Source of the DNA: Torpedo marmorata
Taxonomy: Eukaryota
NCBI GenBank assembly: GCA_977017645.1
Contig: OZ360223.1
Coordinates: 186,248,001-186,312,000 of the forward strand
Reading direction: 5' to 3'
DNA length: 64,000 nucleotides
Under the pieces are notes generated by a model. That model saw only the letters and a program-made list of their open reading frames with translations. It was not told the DNA's origin and searched no databases. A program made the position numbers and the translations under genes. Position 1 is the stretch's first letter. Each line of letters starts with the position of its first letter. Shown here piece by piece: positions 38,230 to 51,884 of this stretch.

Positions 38230-39500
38230 CACACGAGTTCCACAAACACACAGTTTACAGATTTTCAGGGCCCACATCTTCAGATTGTAAAAAAAATCTC
38301 AGGTAGCATTGATGATGAAAGACCTTGTTCATGAACTGCACCACTCTTACCTGGGCATAATAGAAGAAAATTATTTCTACTGTATGCCAAAGCTCATTGC
38401 CAAGTTAGTCTGTTTATAACTGTCACACTTTTGTAAAGCCTCGCAGACTGGAAAATCTCTTTACATAGCTGCCAAGGTCACAACAGCATTAATCTGTAAT
38501 GCAACAGAATCCTTTCAGCTATTGCAGGGAATATCTTTTAGATAAGCAAGAACACAGTTTATGACAGCATAAGGATGGTGACTGAAACCAAGTTTTATCT
38601 TTTTCATTGTGGAAAAGTTGCATGTTAAGGAACACACAGTAAGTTCCCGTTGATTCCATTTGTACAGTGAGGTTTCATCCCAAATCTGATAATGTTCAGT
38701 CTGTGAGATGGGATCATTCCTGAGGAACCTTAAGGGCTATGAGATGAATTTTGCTTCAGTGTACCCATAGTCCTGAAGCAACTTGCATTTTGCCGCCTGA
38801 CATTTGCTGTAATAAAGGGCCTAAGTCTATATCTGAACTCCCATTCTGAAGGAATTCATGAAATAGGTTCACTGCCTCTCTCCCAAGAGTTTATGAAAGG
38901 TTTGTTCACTTCTTGCAGTCCATGGTGATTTGAGTAAACTTTCCAAGCTATTATTGTTGAGTGTCTTTCCATGCTTAATTATTACCAATGGTTCTTGGAG
39001 GCCCTATGAGAATATCTTGCTTGGAACATCTAATGCAACATTGTTAAATTCCAATCCCAATGCAGCCTTTTGATCTTTCTTGCCACATTATGTTGCAGCT
39101 TTCATTCGGACTGATGTAGAATCAAGGAATTATGCAGCTTGTAAGAGGCTTCCTGAAATATGTTGTGAATATAAGTGGGTTCCTTTTATCCATGCTTCAC
39201 TTGCATGAGCAAAATTTCTGTTGTCACCACATAAAGTCAATGCTCCTAAACCATATATATTGGCTTTTAACATCGGAAGCCCCAGATGAAAAGCTCTACC
39301 CTCCAAGTTGGAATGTATATCCATAGTAAATCAAAAGGTACTGCTGTTTGCTTTGACCAAGGAAACTCAGTGGTAATCATCGTCTGCCTGTTGCCCTTCT
39401 GTGGTACTTATTGTTGACCTTGTTTGGAAGGAGAGAAGGCTGCATTTGAAAGCTTTCAATGTCGTAGAGACGTCCCCATCTGAGGTTATAATGATGCTAA
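38230..39500 (-). mobile_element. Decayed Tx1/L1 RT fossil
   Basis: Minus-strand remnants resembling KxxGxDGLPxEF (~39365-39395), RxxTLLCxDxKI (~39210-39250) and LD...DxISH (~39005-39035), all frameshifted. Confidence 0.45.
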
Positions 39501-39569
39501 GCATCATCATTGAAAATAATCAGAAGATGTTGCTGCCACATAGCTGAGAGAGATTTTTAAAAAAATCAT

Positions 39570-39860
39570 TTATTGGTTATGGGCATTGCTGTCAACACCA
39601 ATCTTATTGGCACATGAGAAGCTGGTGTTGAGCTACCACAATTAACTGCTGCTGCCCATAATGTGAAGGTACTCCCACAATTATAATGAATAGTAAGATC
39701 CAAGATTAGACCTAGTGATAATGAAGGATAACAATATTTCAAGTCAGATGGTGTGTAACTTGGGGTGAAACTGCAGGTGGTGATGCATTCATGTTCCTGC
39801 TGTTATTGTCATATTCATTGGTAGTGTCTGTAGGTGATGTTGAAGAAGCTGCAGCAAGTT
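39570..39860 (-). mobile_element. Family A LINE 3' end
   Basis: gagaagctggtgttgagct...gtgaaggtactcccaca, similar to 16030-16280. Confidence 0.65.
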
Positions 39861-41492
39861 ACTGGTTCAAGTAAAGATGATAAGTCCACACAAGTTGTCA
39901 TTTGACCTGAGATGGAATTTGTGCCGTTGGGATGGAGAAGCAAATTATCTTCAGATATTGGCAGAATTCAAAGATCAAAGATTTGCAAGGTTTCAGAAAG
40001 GCCTCTCACATCACTGGTGCAAATGCATAAATGTTATGACTCATTGTGATTGGTTTGTAACCTTTGAAAGGCAAAGTATGTGACAATAATTAAGTTAGCA
40101 AAGGAAGTGGATATATTTTCTAACTTAAGTAAGCTTTGGCAGGAAAGAAAATTTTAACACGCTGAGTAAAAACTTTCCCTGTAAGTAGCCATACCATGGA
40201 GTGCCATCTGTGCAAAATAAATTGTGAATAAAAGTCAGAGACTTTGTGGTTCACAAAGTCTGTCATTTCTATCCCAGGTTTCTCCATGTGTCTGCCAAGG
40301 AAATATAGGGGCTGTTTTCTGTGATCTTCAGTGGAAGCTTTCTGTAGCAGGTCCAAGTCTGATGCTAAGAATCTGATCCTGATAGATATCCTTCAAGTTA
40401 TATAAATGTTAGCTCTCCTTTGAATACCTACCACAACCCCCACAATGCCACTGACCGTCAACCAATGCCTCAAGCTTTAAATGTTTGATTCGGCCACCCC
40501 AGCACTACTCAGTCACCTGACCAGACTCCTATCGTCCAGCCATTATACCTCCCGCTGATCATCCTAGCAAACATCTTGCACCACAACCACCCCTTGCGAC
40601 TCCCTCACCTATTTACCAATCACCCAATTCCCAATGCCAGTCCAACTAACGATTGTAGGCTCCCATCCCTACAGTCAATCACATCCAGCTAATCTACACC
40701 TTGACCCTTTCTATCCTTACCTTCCTCAGCAGTGACCTATCAGCTCACAGCAGCCTGGATTCTCTGCACTGGCACAACACCTGAGGGGAAGCTTTACCTT
40801 GCGTAAGGCCACTTACACAAGCATCCAATACTTTGGACCTGGAAGGCTATTGAGTTTCTAAGCTGCAAATGCATGACCAAAATGATTATCAGCATGCACT
40901 GACTACTTAATGTGCCTTTGCAGGTACCAAGGAAATTCTAGGCCAAATTATCTTCATTAGAGCTATTACTCACCAGAATGCATGAAACGAGGCTTCAGCT
41001 CAGGCTTCCCCAGGTCAACAACTCATCGGAGATTGAGAACCTACTGAATAACAAGTTACAGATCACACAGCAAACCAGTGTCCTAATTCTATTATGCAGT
41101 GTCCAGTTTACAATCACAATTGTTAACAACAATAAAAATCTCCATATTTTTATTGCTGTTTAAAAAAATTAGCATATCGTCGTTGATGCCATTCTCTGTT
41201 GCTCTGATTTTCTTTCTCTCTGAGATTGTTCTAAATAATCCTTTTCTGAGAAAAATACTTGAGATTATAGAATACATCACCACAATTAGCCATTGAACAT
41301 AGTCAGTTGTTGCATTTCGTGCAAAAGTAGGTAAGAAACACAAAGAAGGAAAACACTAAAGAATGTGGGTGAAGAGCAGGGATTAGATTAGATGCCCCCC
41401 AATGTGAAGCTTATAGTGACACAGAGTCTGCTTCTGTGATGAAGTTTCCATGATCCATTCTAATAGGTCGGCTTATATTTTCTGTCTTTCAG

Positions 41493-41555
41493 ATTCAGGT
41501 CAGTCTGAAAGTCCTAGCCAGGCAAGTGAGGATATCAAGGACCAGCCAGAAAATG
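41493..41555 (+). CDS. NFIA: Internal coding exon of nuclear factor I A (equivalent to exon 3)
   Basis: Acceptor ttttctgtctttcAG (AG 41491-41492) and donor G|GTATGT (41556). 63 nt, phase 1/1, translating (D)[20 protein letters not shown](G). Matches my recollection of vertebrate NFIA [23 protein letters not shown], one codon shorter. No neighbouring NFIA exon found in the window. Confidence 0.92.
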
Positions 41556-42514
41556 GTATGTATCAATTTGACATGTAGCAGTATTGACTTTTGTTGGATT
41601 CTGCGGAAGAACAGCTGTTCTTTTAAAATTAGCTTATGTTTTCAAAGAATAATGTATTAAATTTCCTTTAAACCTCGAGCAGAATTGGATGCAAGAATTA
41701 AATGGCTTCAGATACTTTGAAGAAAGTTCTTGCATAGTAAAATTAATTTACATCTTTTTAACATTAGATCTGTGAGTAAAACATGAAAAGCACAGTTATA
41801 TGTCCAGTGACCGTTAGTGAAGCTGTTCAGTGATGGTAGCTTTGACACAATATTCAAAGTGTTCAAAAACAAAAAAAAATCGTGCTCTGTAGCTCTGATT
41901 TATAAAAATATACGTGGGCTCATTGCTTCTCCCTCCATTGAAGAATAAAGACCTTAGGCATGTGGAAGAGGAAAACATATTCTGCTTAGTTTCCATTCAG
42001 CTTTGCTATCTCGAACACATAGCATTAGTGAACAAGGCATTTCTCTAAACAAATGTATTACACAGTCGGTAGCAAGCAAAGGAATGGATGTTTTTAAACT
42101 GAAGGGAACTATTTTCAACAAGCTCAGCATCCCTCATGAACATCTTTAACCATTTTCAAGTTGATATTTTACAATGAAGCTTCTGATTCCTACCTGTAGT
42201 CACTGATAAGCTCAGTATTAAAGGGGCAGTATCTTCACTGGAAAATGATTTGAAATATAATTAGTTATATCAGATTTTCTGTTGAATTGTCTGACATTAA
42301 AACTGTAAGATGGAAGCTTGAAAGTAGTACACCTGCAGCTTAAGTTTTCCTGATATGTAATTTGCTTTATTTGCTTTTAATCTTAGTTCAATTGATTACA
42401 AATGCAATGATCTAGATTTTTCTGCACCACATGATAACTTCTGATCTGAAAATTAATTGCTGGAGGTAATCAAAAATTCTATACAAGTCTAGTGCACTAG
42501 AAGTTGACATAATT

Positions 42515-44068
42515 GTCCAGTCAATCACAGGATGAGCGAGGCTATGCTTTTTGGCAACAGACATGACCGGTCCACTGTTCCCTTACCTGAAGGTGGTGGG
42601 GATCTGGTTCGGAAGGGCTGAGACATGTAACAAAAATTGGCTGAAGTGGACAGGCAAGGTTAACCAAAAACTGAGATTGTGGAGGCAGAGGTCCCTCTCA
42701 ATAACTGGTAAGATGCAAGGTCCTCTTGGTGCTGCTGTACTTGGTGCAGGTGTGGCCCAAACCCACTCCTCTAGCCTGGCAGTCACCTGAGCTATCGTGT
42801 GCTGGGAAAGTACCAAAGTGTACAGCTTTGTGCTGAGGTTCTATCTGTTCCCCAGAGTTGCCCCACTACCGCACAGTGACTCAGTCAGTCAGACATTGAT
42901 ACTCGTGAAACACAAAAGTCTGCAGATGCAGTGATTGAACTAATAACACAATGCTGGAGAAACTCAGCAGGTCAAACAGCATACTTTATGTAGCAAAGAT
43001 AAAGATACATAACCAACATTTTGGGTTCTGCCTTGATGAAGGGCTCAAGCCGGAAATGTTGGTGACGTATCTTTATCTTTGCTATATAAAGTACATTGTT
43101 TGACCTGCTGAGTTTCTCCAGCCATGTGTTCAGACATTGATGCTGATGTTCTAGTGGTTGTTTATGGAAAAGTTATTGCATGACAAGTCCAACTGCAGGG
43201 TCAGCATGGAACATCCTGCAGGCACTGCGGGACAAGAACTTGATGGATCCCATGGTGTGGTTCCCTGAGCAGACTGCCCAAATTATCTGAGAGAATGCTT
43301 CATCACCAGAATTCACCAAGCAGCACTAAGACTTAGCTTGGCTGGTAGTCAGAGAGACCTTCCCAATCAGACTCTTCCTATTCAGTTAGAATCTCACCCC
43401 AACACTCAGAATGGCTGGGATGAGGATGAGATAGTCGCCTACCTCTTGGTAGATGGTGTATTTGCAAATAAAATTCAGAGAAACATACCAGGTGCTCTGT
43501 CACAGTTCATCCCAACCAGCTGTGGTACAGGGAACTCTTTCATCTATACACTGTTCAAATGATGGATACTGTGAGAGACATCAAGTGAGGCTGGAAGATC
43601 TTCAACTCAGTGAAAGAAGCTCTTTGAAACTGGCCTATGTTTTCAAAGCGGAATATATTAACTTGCCTTTAAGCTCTTTGGTCTGCCCAAAATTTGTTGG
43701 TCTTCCAGTAAACAAAATGTCCATAAGGAAATAATGCCAACACATATATTCTAGGCTGCAGGATCAGTGCTGAGGGACTGCAGAACTCAGTGCAGCCAAT
43801 GTAAAGGCTTTGTGGAGAAGGACCGCAATGTCCAGCAACCTTCTGTCATTGGACATTGAGGGGCTAAGTGTATTGTTGGAGCCTCTCAAATACATGAAGA
43901 TATAAGATGGTGTTATGCACACAAAATGTGTGAACGCTACCAATGTTTAGAACTGATAACATTGAATATGCAGAAAGAACGACACAATAAGCGTAAAGAG
44001 AGCCAAGCAATTTTTTTTGGTGCTAATATATATATTTTATGAATAAATGTATTTTTGAAATGAAAACA
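42515..44068 (+). mobile_element. Old Tx1-type L1 3' portion, interrupted at 42901-43129
   Basis: YLKVVGIWFGRAETCNKNW...KLRLWRQRSLSITGK; ends gaataaatgtatttttgaaatgaaaa. Confidence 0.8.
42901..43129 (-). mobile_element. Penelope-like asymmetric hairpin element with hammerhead-like core
   Basis: 12-bp TSD TCAGACATTGAT (42889-42900 and 43130-43141); inverted arms of ~80 bp; TTGATGA-A-GGGC TCAA GCCG-GAAA-TGTT GGT GACG-TA at 43033-43069. Confidence 0.85.
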
Positions 44069-44089
44069 AAATTGTGCCCTTGATGCGGC

Positions 44090-44260
44090 ACACAATAGGC
44101 ATCACTGCTGCAATATTGAAAACAGGAGCAGGTCTTTACATGATCATGAAGATCTTGTTCTGCCACAAAATTGAGGTGTTCTGAGAGTCTCTGGCAGGGA
44201 AGCATGCCCTAGAATTATTTCAGGTGATCCATTCCACTGAAAATGTCTTCTTTCTTGGAA
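44090..44260 (-). mobile_element. Possible Harbinger transposase remnant
   Basis: Minus strand ACFPARDSQNTSILWQ resembles ARFPGSxHDxxILxxS; short and weak. Confidence 0.3.
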
Positions 44261-45454
44261 GCAAGGCAGGTGACTGCCTGTGTTACCTCCCTTTCTTGCA
44301 GCAGTGACTTCTAGAACTCACACCCATCTCGTACCCATTCAATAACATAGAAGCTACTTTAGGTTAGCAATCCTTGTGGTAATTTATGTTTTTAAGATCC
44401 CTTGCCCATATGACGGGTCATACATATTTTTGCACCTCCTGCCCAGTCTTGGAATAATGCAGGTTTTTCACATGCAATCATATAGAAGTTCCACGGTTAA
44501 TAATTCGTTCACTTATAATGAATAGCACAATTTTCACTTAAGAAAATTGTAGCCCTGTGAAAAGTGGAGCAGGTTTGCAGTGGGGCATCATTTTAAAGCG
44601 TGGAAGAATTTCCAGGTCAATGTGCGTACACCTTTCTGATTAGTTTTGAGACTTTTTACAATTGAAAATGCAATGCCCATTCGTTTCAAAATCACAGTGA
44701 GGGTGAATGATTGGAATGAACTCTGAAACAGTTCTATGTAGTCATTTTCACTTCCAGATATAAATACCATAATCCACGCAAGCCTCTGTCCGGTATAGTT
44801 TAAATAAATGCTGCTTGGACAGGAATGTGTGCTCTGGCCAGCTATATTTAGCTATCAAGATTCTTGGTGTTCAGTTTGAAAGGTTCCCCACAGGAAATGG
44901 GTGGGTGGAGAGATTATGAGTTCTCGGGGGTATTCTAAGCAACAGTTGTGCACATTGGCCTCTTTAGTGAGCATCTCAAAATAATACTTCCATCTATAAT
45001 CACAAATGAATTTTCCAGCTCTAGTGGTATTCATGGTTTTACTGGGTTTAGTTGAGATGAAAACCAGTAAGGAAAAGTAAATAGCTGAACAATTTTATTT
45101 TTTGTGTTAACTATGCTGAAATCTGTGAACAGTTGGTGTTTAATGAAGGGGCTACTTTTTGATTTAGGTTCACCTCTCAATAATTAACTAGGTGAATATT
45201 AAGTCACCTCAAATATTGTACTTTTGCCAAAATATTGAAATTATATAGCATGGCCACAATGTGGAAGACAACGGAAATACTTTTTCAGGTGACTTTTGTG
45301 CAGCTTGCATTTTACTACGAGCCATTATTAAGTTTAGACCAATTGATAGTTCAATTGGACACAGTGAAAATTTTGGGAAAGTTAAGAGAAAGAGGAATTT
45401 TTTTTGGGGGGGTTGGGGAGAATTTGGGTGTCACTTTAAATATCATCATTTATT

Positions 45455-46600
45455 GCATATTCCTATTTGTTCTTGAGAAGGTGGAGAAGAGCCGCTTTCA
45501 AGAATTATTTCAGATTTCAGATTTATTGTCAGAGTACATACATGACATCACATACCACCCTGAGATTCCTTTTTCCTGTGGGCGCGGCAGAATTACCCCT
45601 AATTGGTAGTGCAGAAATAAACTGTACACAGCGTAAACATGTAAACAAATAAAATAACTGTAAACAGATAACGATTTTCGTGTTTTACTAACGAATGTAA
45701 ACAAACTGACTGCAATACAGAGAGAACAAAGAAAATCAATCACTAAAGTGCACAAGTAAGAGTCCTTAAATGAGTCTCTGATTGAGTTTGTCGTTGAGGA
45801 TTCTGATGGTAGAGGGGTAGCAACTGTTCCTCAACCTGGTGGTGCGAGTCTTGTGGCACCTATACCTCTTCCCTGATGGCAGCAGCGAGAACAGAACGTG
45901 TGCTGGGTGGTGTGGGTCTTTGATGATTTCTGCTACCCTCCGACAGCAGTGTTCCTTGTAGATGTACTCAATAGTGGGAAGGGTTTTGCCTGTAATGTCC
46001 TGGGCTGTGTCCACTACCTTTTGGAGGGCTTTACGCTCAGGGGTATTGGTGTTCCCATACCAGACCGTGATGCAGCCGATATTGCAGTCCTTCTGGTGTC
46101 AGTTCTGTTGTGGAGGGAGTTCCAAGAATTAAACCTAACAATAATGAATTGACAGCTGTATATTTTGAAGACAGGGTGGGGTGTAAATTGGAGGGGAAAT
46201 TAGAACAAATAATTTCACGTACACCTGCTGCCCATTGTCCTTCATGATGATAGAGCTGTGAATTTAGGGAGTGCTGTCAGAGTACCCAAGGTAAGTACCG
46301 TAACTGCAGTGCATTTTGTGAATTGTACATGCTGCTGGCATCGTACACTGGTGGCAAAAGGAATCAGTGTTTTGGATGGTGGATGGCATATCTGTCCAGC
46401 AGGCTGCTTTGCATCTTCCTCGTTGTTGGACCTGCGCTCATCCATGCAAATGGTTAGCATTCACCCTCCTGAATTTTTCACTCAAGATGGTGCAAAGGTT
46501 TTTGCAAGTCAAGAGCAGATCCATTTATTGCAATATATCGAGTTTCTGATCTGATTTTGTCCCCTCAATATTTATGTGAATGGTCCAGTTGAGTGAATAC
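45455..46600 (-). mobile_element. Family A LINE 3' end, interrupted by Rex1
   Basis: cttgagaaggtgg..gagccgc [Rex1] ttgcagtccttctggtg..ggagggagttcc is collinear with 16035-16130. Confidence 0.7.
45509..46078 (-). mobile_element. Rex1/Babar LINE 3' fragment
   Basis: TAQDITGKTLPTIE..KDPHHPAHVLFSLLPSGKRYR; close relative of the 35766 copy. Confidence 0.95.
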
Positions 46601-46969
46601 AGTATATAGACAGAGTAATAAAGGCACACAATTGTTGATGTCTTTGGCATTAACTGGTTACTTTTAAGTGAAAGAATGCAGAATTTAAGTAAACAAATCT
46701 AATTTATGTTTTTTTTAATTTCTTTATGGTGAGCATCATTAGATCACCAATCGTAACTTGGTGTGGGTTCCTTTGCAATAACGTGTGTTTGATCTTAGAA
46801 AGAAAAATGAAGGGGCCATGTTGGAATTTTGTATTTTACCATGCTAACTACAGTAATATCGAGTCATCGCCTTCAGTTATACAACCCAGTTATAACTTGA
46901 CACAATGTCAGATCCATTCTCTTCACATATTTTGTTCGTTCACGTTCCTTTTCCTACTTAGTTCCATAT

Positions 46970-48076
46970 CGATCTTCATCGACTACAGCTCGGCCTTCAA
47001 TACCATTATTCCCTCAGTGCTGGTCAAGAAGCTACAAACTCTAGGCCTCTGTACCCCACTCTGCAACTGGATCCTTGACTTTCTCATCGGAAGACCACAG
47101 TCAGTACGAATTGGAAACAACGTCTCCTCCTCACTGATTATCAACACAGGCAAACCCCAAGGATGCGTGCTTAGCCCACTGGTCTACTCGTTATACACCC
47201 ATGACTGTGTGGCCAGGCACAATTCCAATGCCATCTACGAGTTTGCCGATGACACCACAGTTGTCGGCAGAATCACAAACGGCAATGAGTAAGTGTACAG
47301 GAGGGAGATAGATTAGCTCGTTGAATGGTGTTACGACAACAACTTTGCGCTCAACGTCAGCAAAACCAAGGAGATGATTGTGGACTTCAGGAGGAAGTCA
47401 GGGGAACACGCCCAGTCCTCATTGAGGGCTCAGTAGTGGAGAGGGTCAAGAACTTCAAATTCCTGGGTGTCAACATCTCCGAGGATCTGTCCTGGAGCCT
47501 CCACGTTGATGCAATCACAAAGAAGGCTCGCCAGCGGCTATACTTTGAGTGTCTGAGGAGATTCGATATGTCACCGAAGACTCTCGTAAACTTTTACAGG
47601 TGTACCGTGGAGAGCATTCTGGCTGGTTGCATCACTGCCTGGTATGGAGGCGCCAACTCTCAGGACAAGAATAAACTCCAGAGGGTTGTTAACTCAGCCT
47701 GTGACATCACAGGCACCAGACTTCACTCCATCATGTCATCTACACGAGACGGTGTCGTAAAAAAGCAGCTTCTATCCTCAAAGACCCCCACCACCCAGGC
47801 CATGCCCTCTTCACTCTGCTACCATCGGGAAAAAGGTACAGGAGCCTAAAGTCGAGCACTCAACGGCACAAGGACAGCTTCTTCCCCGCTGCCTTCAGAT
47901 TCCTGAATAATCAATGAACCAAAGACACTGACTTACTTTTCGTGCACTATTATTTATATATTTTTTATAGTAATGTCGTAAGATGGTAATAATATGAATG
48001 TTTGCACTATGATGCTGACGCAAAACACCGAATTTCATGACTTGTTCATGACAATAAATTCTGATTCTGATTCTGA
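46970..48076 (+). mobile_element. Rex1/Babar LINE, 5'-truncated (second subfamily)
   Basis: [49 protein letters not shown]; premature stop at 47290; tail ATGACAATAAA(TTCTGA)3. Confidence 0.96.
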
Positions 48077-50274
48077 AACTGCTCTTTCGTTGTCAATGCT
48101 GCAGTGTGAACTGGACAGGATTGTGGATCTCTGAATCTTGCTGTCTGGATTTCTGTATTTTTTACATGTTGGTGAAAGATTTACAGAAACTGTGAAGGAG
48201 AGCAATAAAAAAGTTCAGTTTACAGAGGTTAGAGACAAACAACTAGAAAGTGGAGGAAATGGAAACATGAGATGAGCAGAGCAGCAATCGAAGGAAGGGA
48301 GAGCATTTTGCAAATGTTTTGTCTGCATCGAGCACTGTGGAATATTCACTCATTTTAAAAATAAAATAAAATGGACCAAATTATTTTGCATTCAGGCCAT
48401 TTCCAAGACTTGCTGTCTGCGATCCCTGCCACCTGGGCTTAATATTTCTGGATGTGGTGAGCCAGAGGCTTCGTACAAGGTGGAGCAGGCTCTCAACATC
48501 AAGCAAGCCTCAGGCAACAGAACCTGAGGCCCCGTCTCCAGACAGTCTTGACAGCCTTTGACGGCTCACTGCTGCCAGGCTTTTGAACAGTTTTTAAATA
48601 ATTCTGATAGTCAAAGATATTTGAAAACTATTCAAATATTTTTACTTAAAAGTAAAAATTAGATTCAATTAAAAAGGAATTTTAATTAAAATCAGTTTTA
48701 AAGATCAACAAATATTTAGAAAGAAAATAAAGTAATGTTACTTGAGCATTTACCTGCACATTTCTCCTTCCATAGTTTAGAGTTCTCAGTCAAATGAATA
48801 GTGTTGCCTTTTGTTTGGCACTTCCCCCTAGGGTGAAGCTGAGGGGCTGGATGCAAAATGCATCCGGGCTACCTCTTTAATGGCAAATTACACAGTGGAG
48901 TTGAAGATCAGGAATGTGAGCATCTGATCTTCAGAATGTTTCAACATCCCTGTTTCAACATGCATACAAGGATGTCTCAGGTATCTTGGAAGTTCTCAGA
49001 GGAACTGTTCACTGCAGTTTAACAGTTCAGCCCAACATACTTCCTCTTTTCAACTTAATTTAAGGTGTTGTGTTAAGCTTCTTTCCTGAAACATTTCTGT
49101 TTTGCATAATGGCTTCATGCATGTTTCTTCCCAACATAATTTTTCTGTGTGCATAGAAATGGTTAGTATTTTGACTGGAATTCAGATTGCAATAACTTGC
49201 AGCATTAAACTCCCAGCACCAGCGCCTTGTCCTGGAGAGGATAATTCTTGAGATAGTCTACAAATCTAATCTCTGAGTGGAGAAGAAAAACAAAATAAAT
49301 TGTATTTATTTTATGAGATGAAGCTCAGAAAAAAATGGGAACTTGTACTTTGGCAAACTCATTGTAATGGAATTCTTTTTGCTGTGTTTTGTTAAATGAT
49401 TGAGCCTGCAATCATGTTTTTGTTCTGGAACTATTTTACATTCAGAGATTTGCTCATTTTTCCAGTGACCTTTTGCTGTTGGTGATGTTTGTTTCTGTGA
49501 TATATAAAAAAAAGAATGGGCCATAAACTGAGCAAACAGCAGGTAGTAAGGTAGAAGGATTGTCATTCAATCAAACACATCTGATGATATGGGTAAGAAG
49601 GATTATGAATGTCACCTGACAATGGACCATTTTCCTATATCATATAAAAAGGTTAATCCAATCTTTTGTCTTTGTGGATTATATAGTTATGTTTAAATAC
49701 AGATTCTCATTAATTTCTACTTATGTCAACTTGCCAATGGCAATGTTTCTCATTGTTCTTGTTAGAATATCTCCTTCATTGAGGCGAAGAGACCAAAAAG
49801 GGTGCTTTGCAAATCTATATGCAACATAGTACAGGTGGAACAAAGCAAATACTTAAATTTTCTCTTGATATGAACCATTGGGGTTGTAGCTTCAAAGTTA
49901 ATTGGTGGGACTTTTTAAAATTTTATTTGATTTTGAGTTGAGCTGTTCAACTTCAAATGAACTATCTTCCTAGCAATCTTCTAGTTCAAACAGTGGGGAA
50001 CTTTAGCCCTGAATAAATGATCTGTGAATTGTTCATACAATAGGGAGCAATTCATAATGTTGGATTGCATGAGAACACTTAATATGATGGACCAACGTGA
50101 CTGTCTTCTATCTCCACATTTGTTAACCAGTTCATTTTAAAGGGTGAAAGCCTATGCAAATATAAAACGATATAAAAGCGCATAAATTATTTATGTTTGA
50201 TCTTCAATCAAAATGTTTAGCCTTGCATGTCCTCCATTTCTGATTCTGGAAGAAAAGGTAGTTTAGTCAATAGG

Positions 50275-50290
50275 GCCACTAGGTGGAGCA
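50275..50290 (+). promoter_or_regulatory. Candidate CTCF site
   Basis: GCCACTAGGTGGAGCA is close to the CTCF core; a weaker CCAGCAGGTGGAGGG lies at 50470-50484. Confidence 0.55.
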
Positions 50291-51277
50291 CAGCAGGATA
50301 GCAGAGCATTTCATCTCCCTGGAAGGAAACTGACCCCATTGGAGTTGCATTTAAATTAAACCTCTTGCAGTTAGTTACAAGCCAGGACTGATATCCACCC
50401 CAGTGAATTCCATGTCTAAACAGGACAATCCTTCTGCCAGCAGGAAAATACATGATGGGTTGCTCATTCCCAGCAGGTGGAGGGTGGAGTAAGAGAGTGA
50501 TAGAAATATTCTGTTTGGGAATTTGCCATTGATGTAGCTGAGGTTCAAAAGTGATATCCTTGCTCCAAGAGGCTTTCCAGAGTATCAAACAAAAGTTTTC
50601 TGTTTTTATGCAGCGACTTTGCAGCTGCATTCGACTTAACTCCCTTAGTTCATTGGTGTAATAAAATAAATGATGATCTGGTGAAATTTGAATTAATGAC
50701 AGCTGTTTCTGTGTACTGAGACAATTTTATATTATTATTGTGGCCTCTGATTATTAATGTAGTTTTAGTTTGTACTGTACTAATCTTGGATTTTACAAGA
50801 TTCCATTTTCCCCATTCTCCACTATTTTAGCTGGAGATGTACATAGGAAGTAAAGTTTAAACTTTTTAGAAACAAATGTTGCTTCATTTTCAATATGTAA
50901 AAGGTGAGCTATCTCAACTTCAGTCAATAAAAATAAATGAAAACTGGAAATATATAAATATATATATAAATAATAATGCCAACATACAAGGTGGTGCCAA
51001 AAGTTGTACTTCTTTTTCAATAAGGTATAAGGCATACTCATCAACTATGTGTTGATCACTATAAATCTGGTGGGAGGGAAGCTTTTGGATAAAAATAATA
51101 AAGAAAAATATAAGGCACTTCGAGAATATAAGGCACTTTGAATTTTTTTTAAAAAATTAAATTTAAAAATTTTAAAAAAATGTGAGAGATAACATGGATT
51201 TGTTTAAAATAAATCACCATTGTTTTTCATGAAATAACCAAGGAATTTGGTGAAGGAAATGTAAGTGAGCCGTCCAG

Positions 51278-51875
51278 TATTACAGCATGTAAACAGGCCC
51301 TTCGGCATAACTTTTCTATGCCAATCCAGTTCTCTATCTGAACTAATCCCATATGCCTGTATTTGGACCACATTACTCAAAATCTTTCCTGTCTTGTAAA
51401 TGTTGTAATTGTTCCTGCCTCTGCCACTTTCACTGGAAGCTTATTCCACATACCCACCACTCTTCATGTGGAAAATATTGCTATCATCTGTCGCCGATCC
51501 GCCCAACTTTCCAATGTCTCTCTGTATCCTTTCACAACCTGTATTGCTATCTAGTACTCCACCAATTTTTGCGTTATCAACAAACTTACTATTCAGACCA
51601 CCTACATTCTTATCCACGTCATTTATATATACGACAAATGACAATGGTCGCAGCACTGATCCCTGCAATACACTACTGGTTACAGACATATAGCAGAAAA
51701 TCCAGTACCCTCTGACTCTGATCACTGCCAATTTTGAAACCCATTTGCCAATACAACGTGCATCCCATGTGCCCTAACCCTCTGGGTCAACCTGCTTGCA
51801 GGACTTGTCAAAAGCCATGCCAAAGCCTGTGTGGACCACGTCTACTGCACTGCCATCATCAATTTTCATAGTTAC
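51278..51875 (-). mobile_element. CR1 LINE, internally deleted
   Basis: VTSSVLQGSVLRPLSFVVYINDVD..SKFVDNAKIGG; CR1 tail at 51278. Confidence 0.88.
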
Positions 51876-51884
51876 CTATGTATA

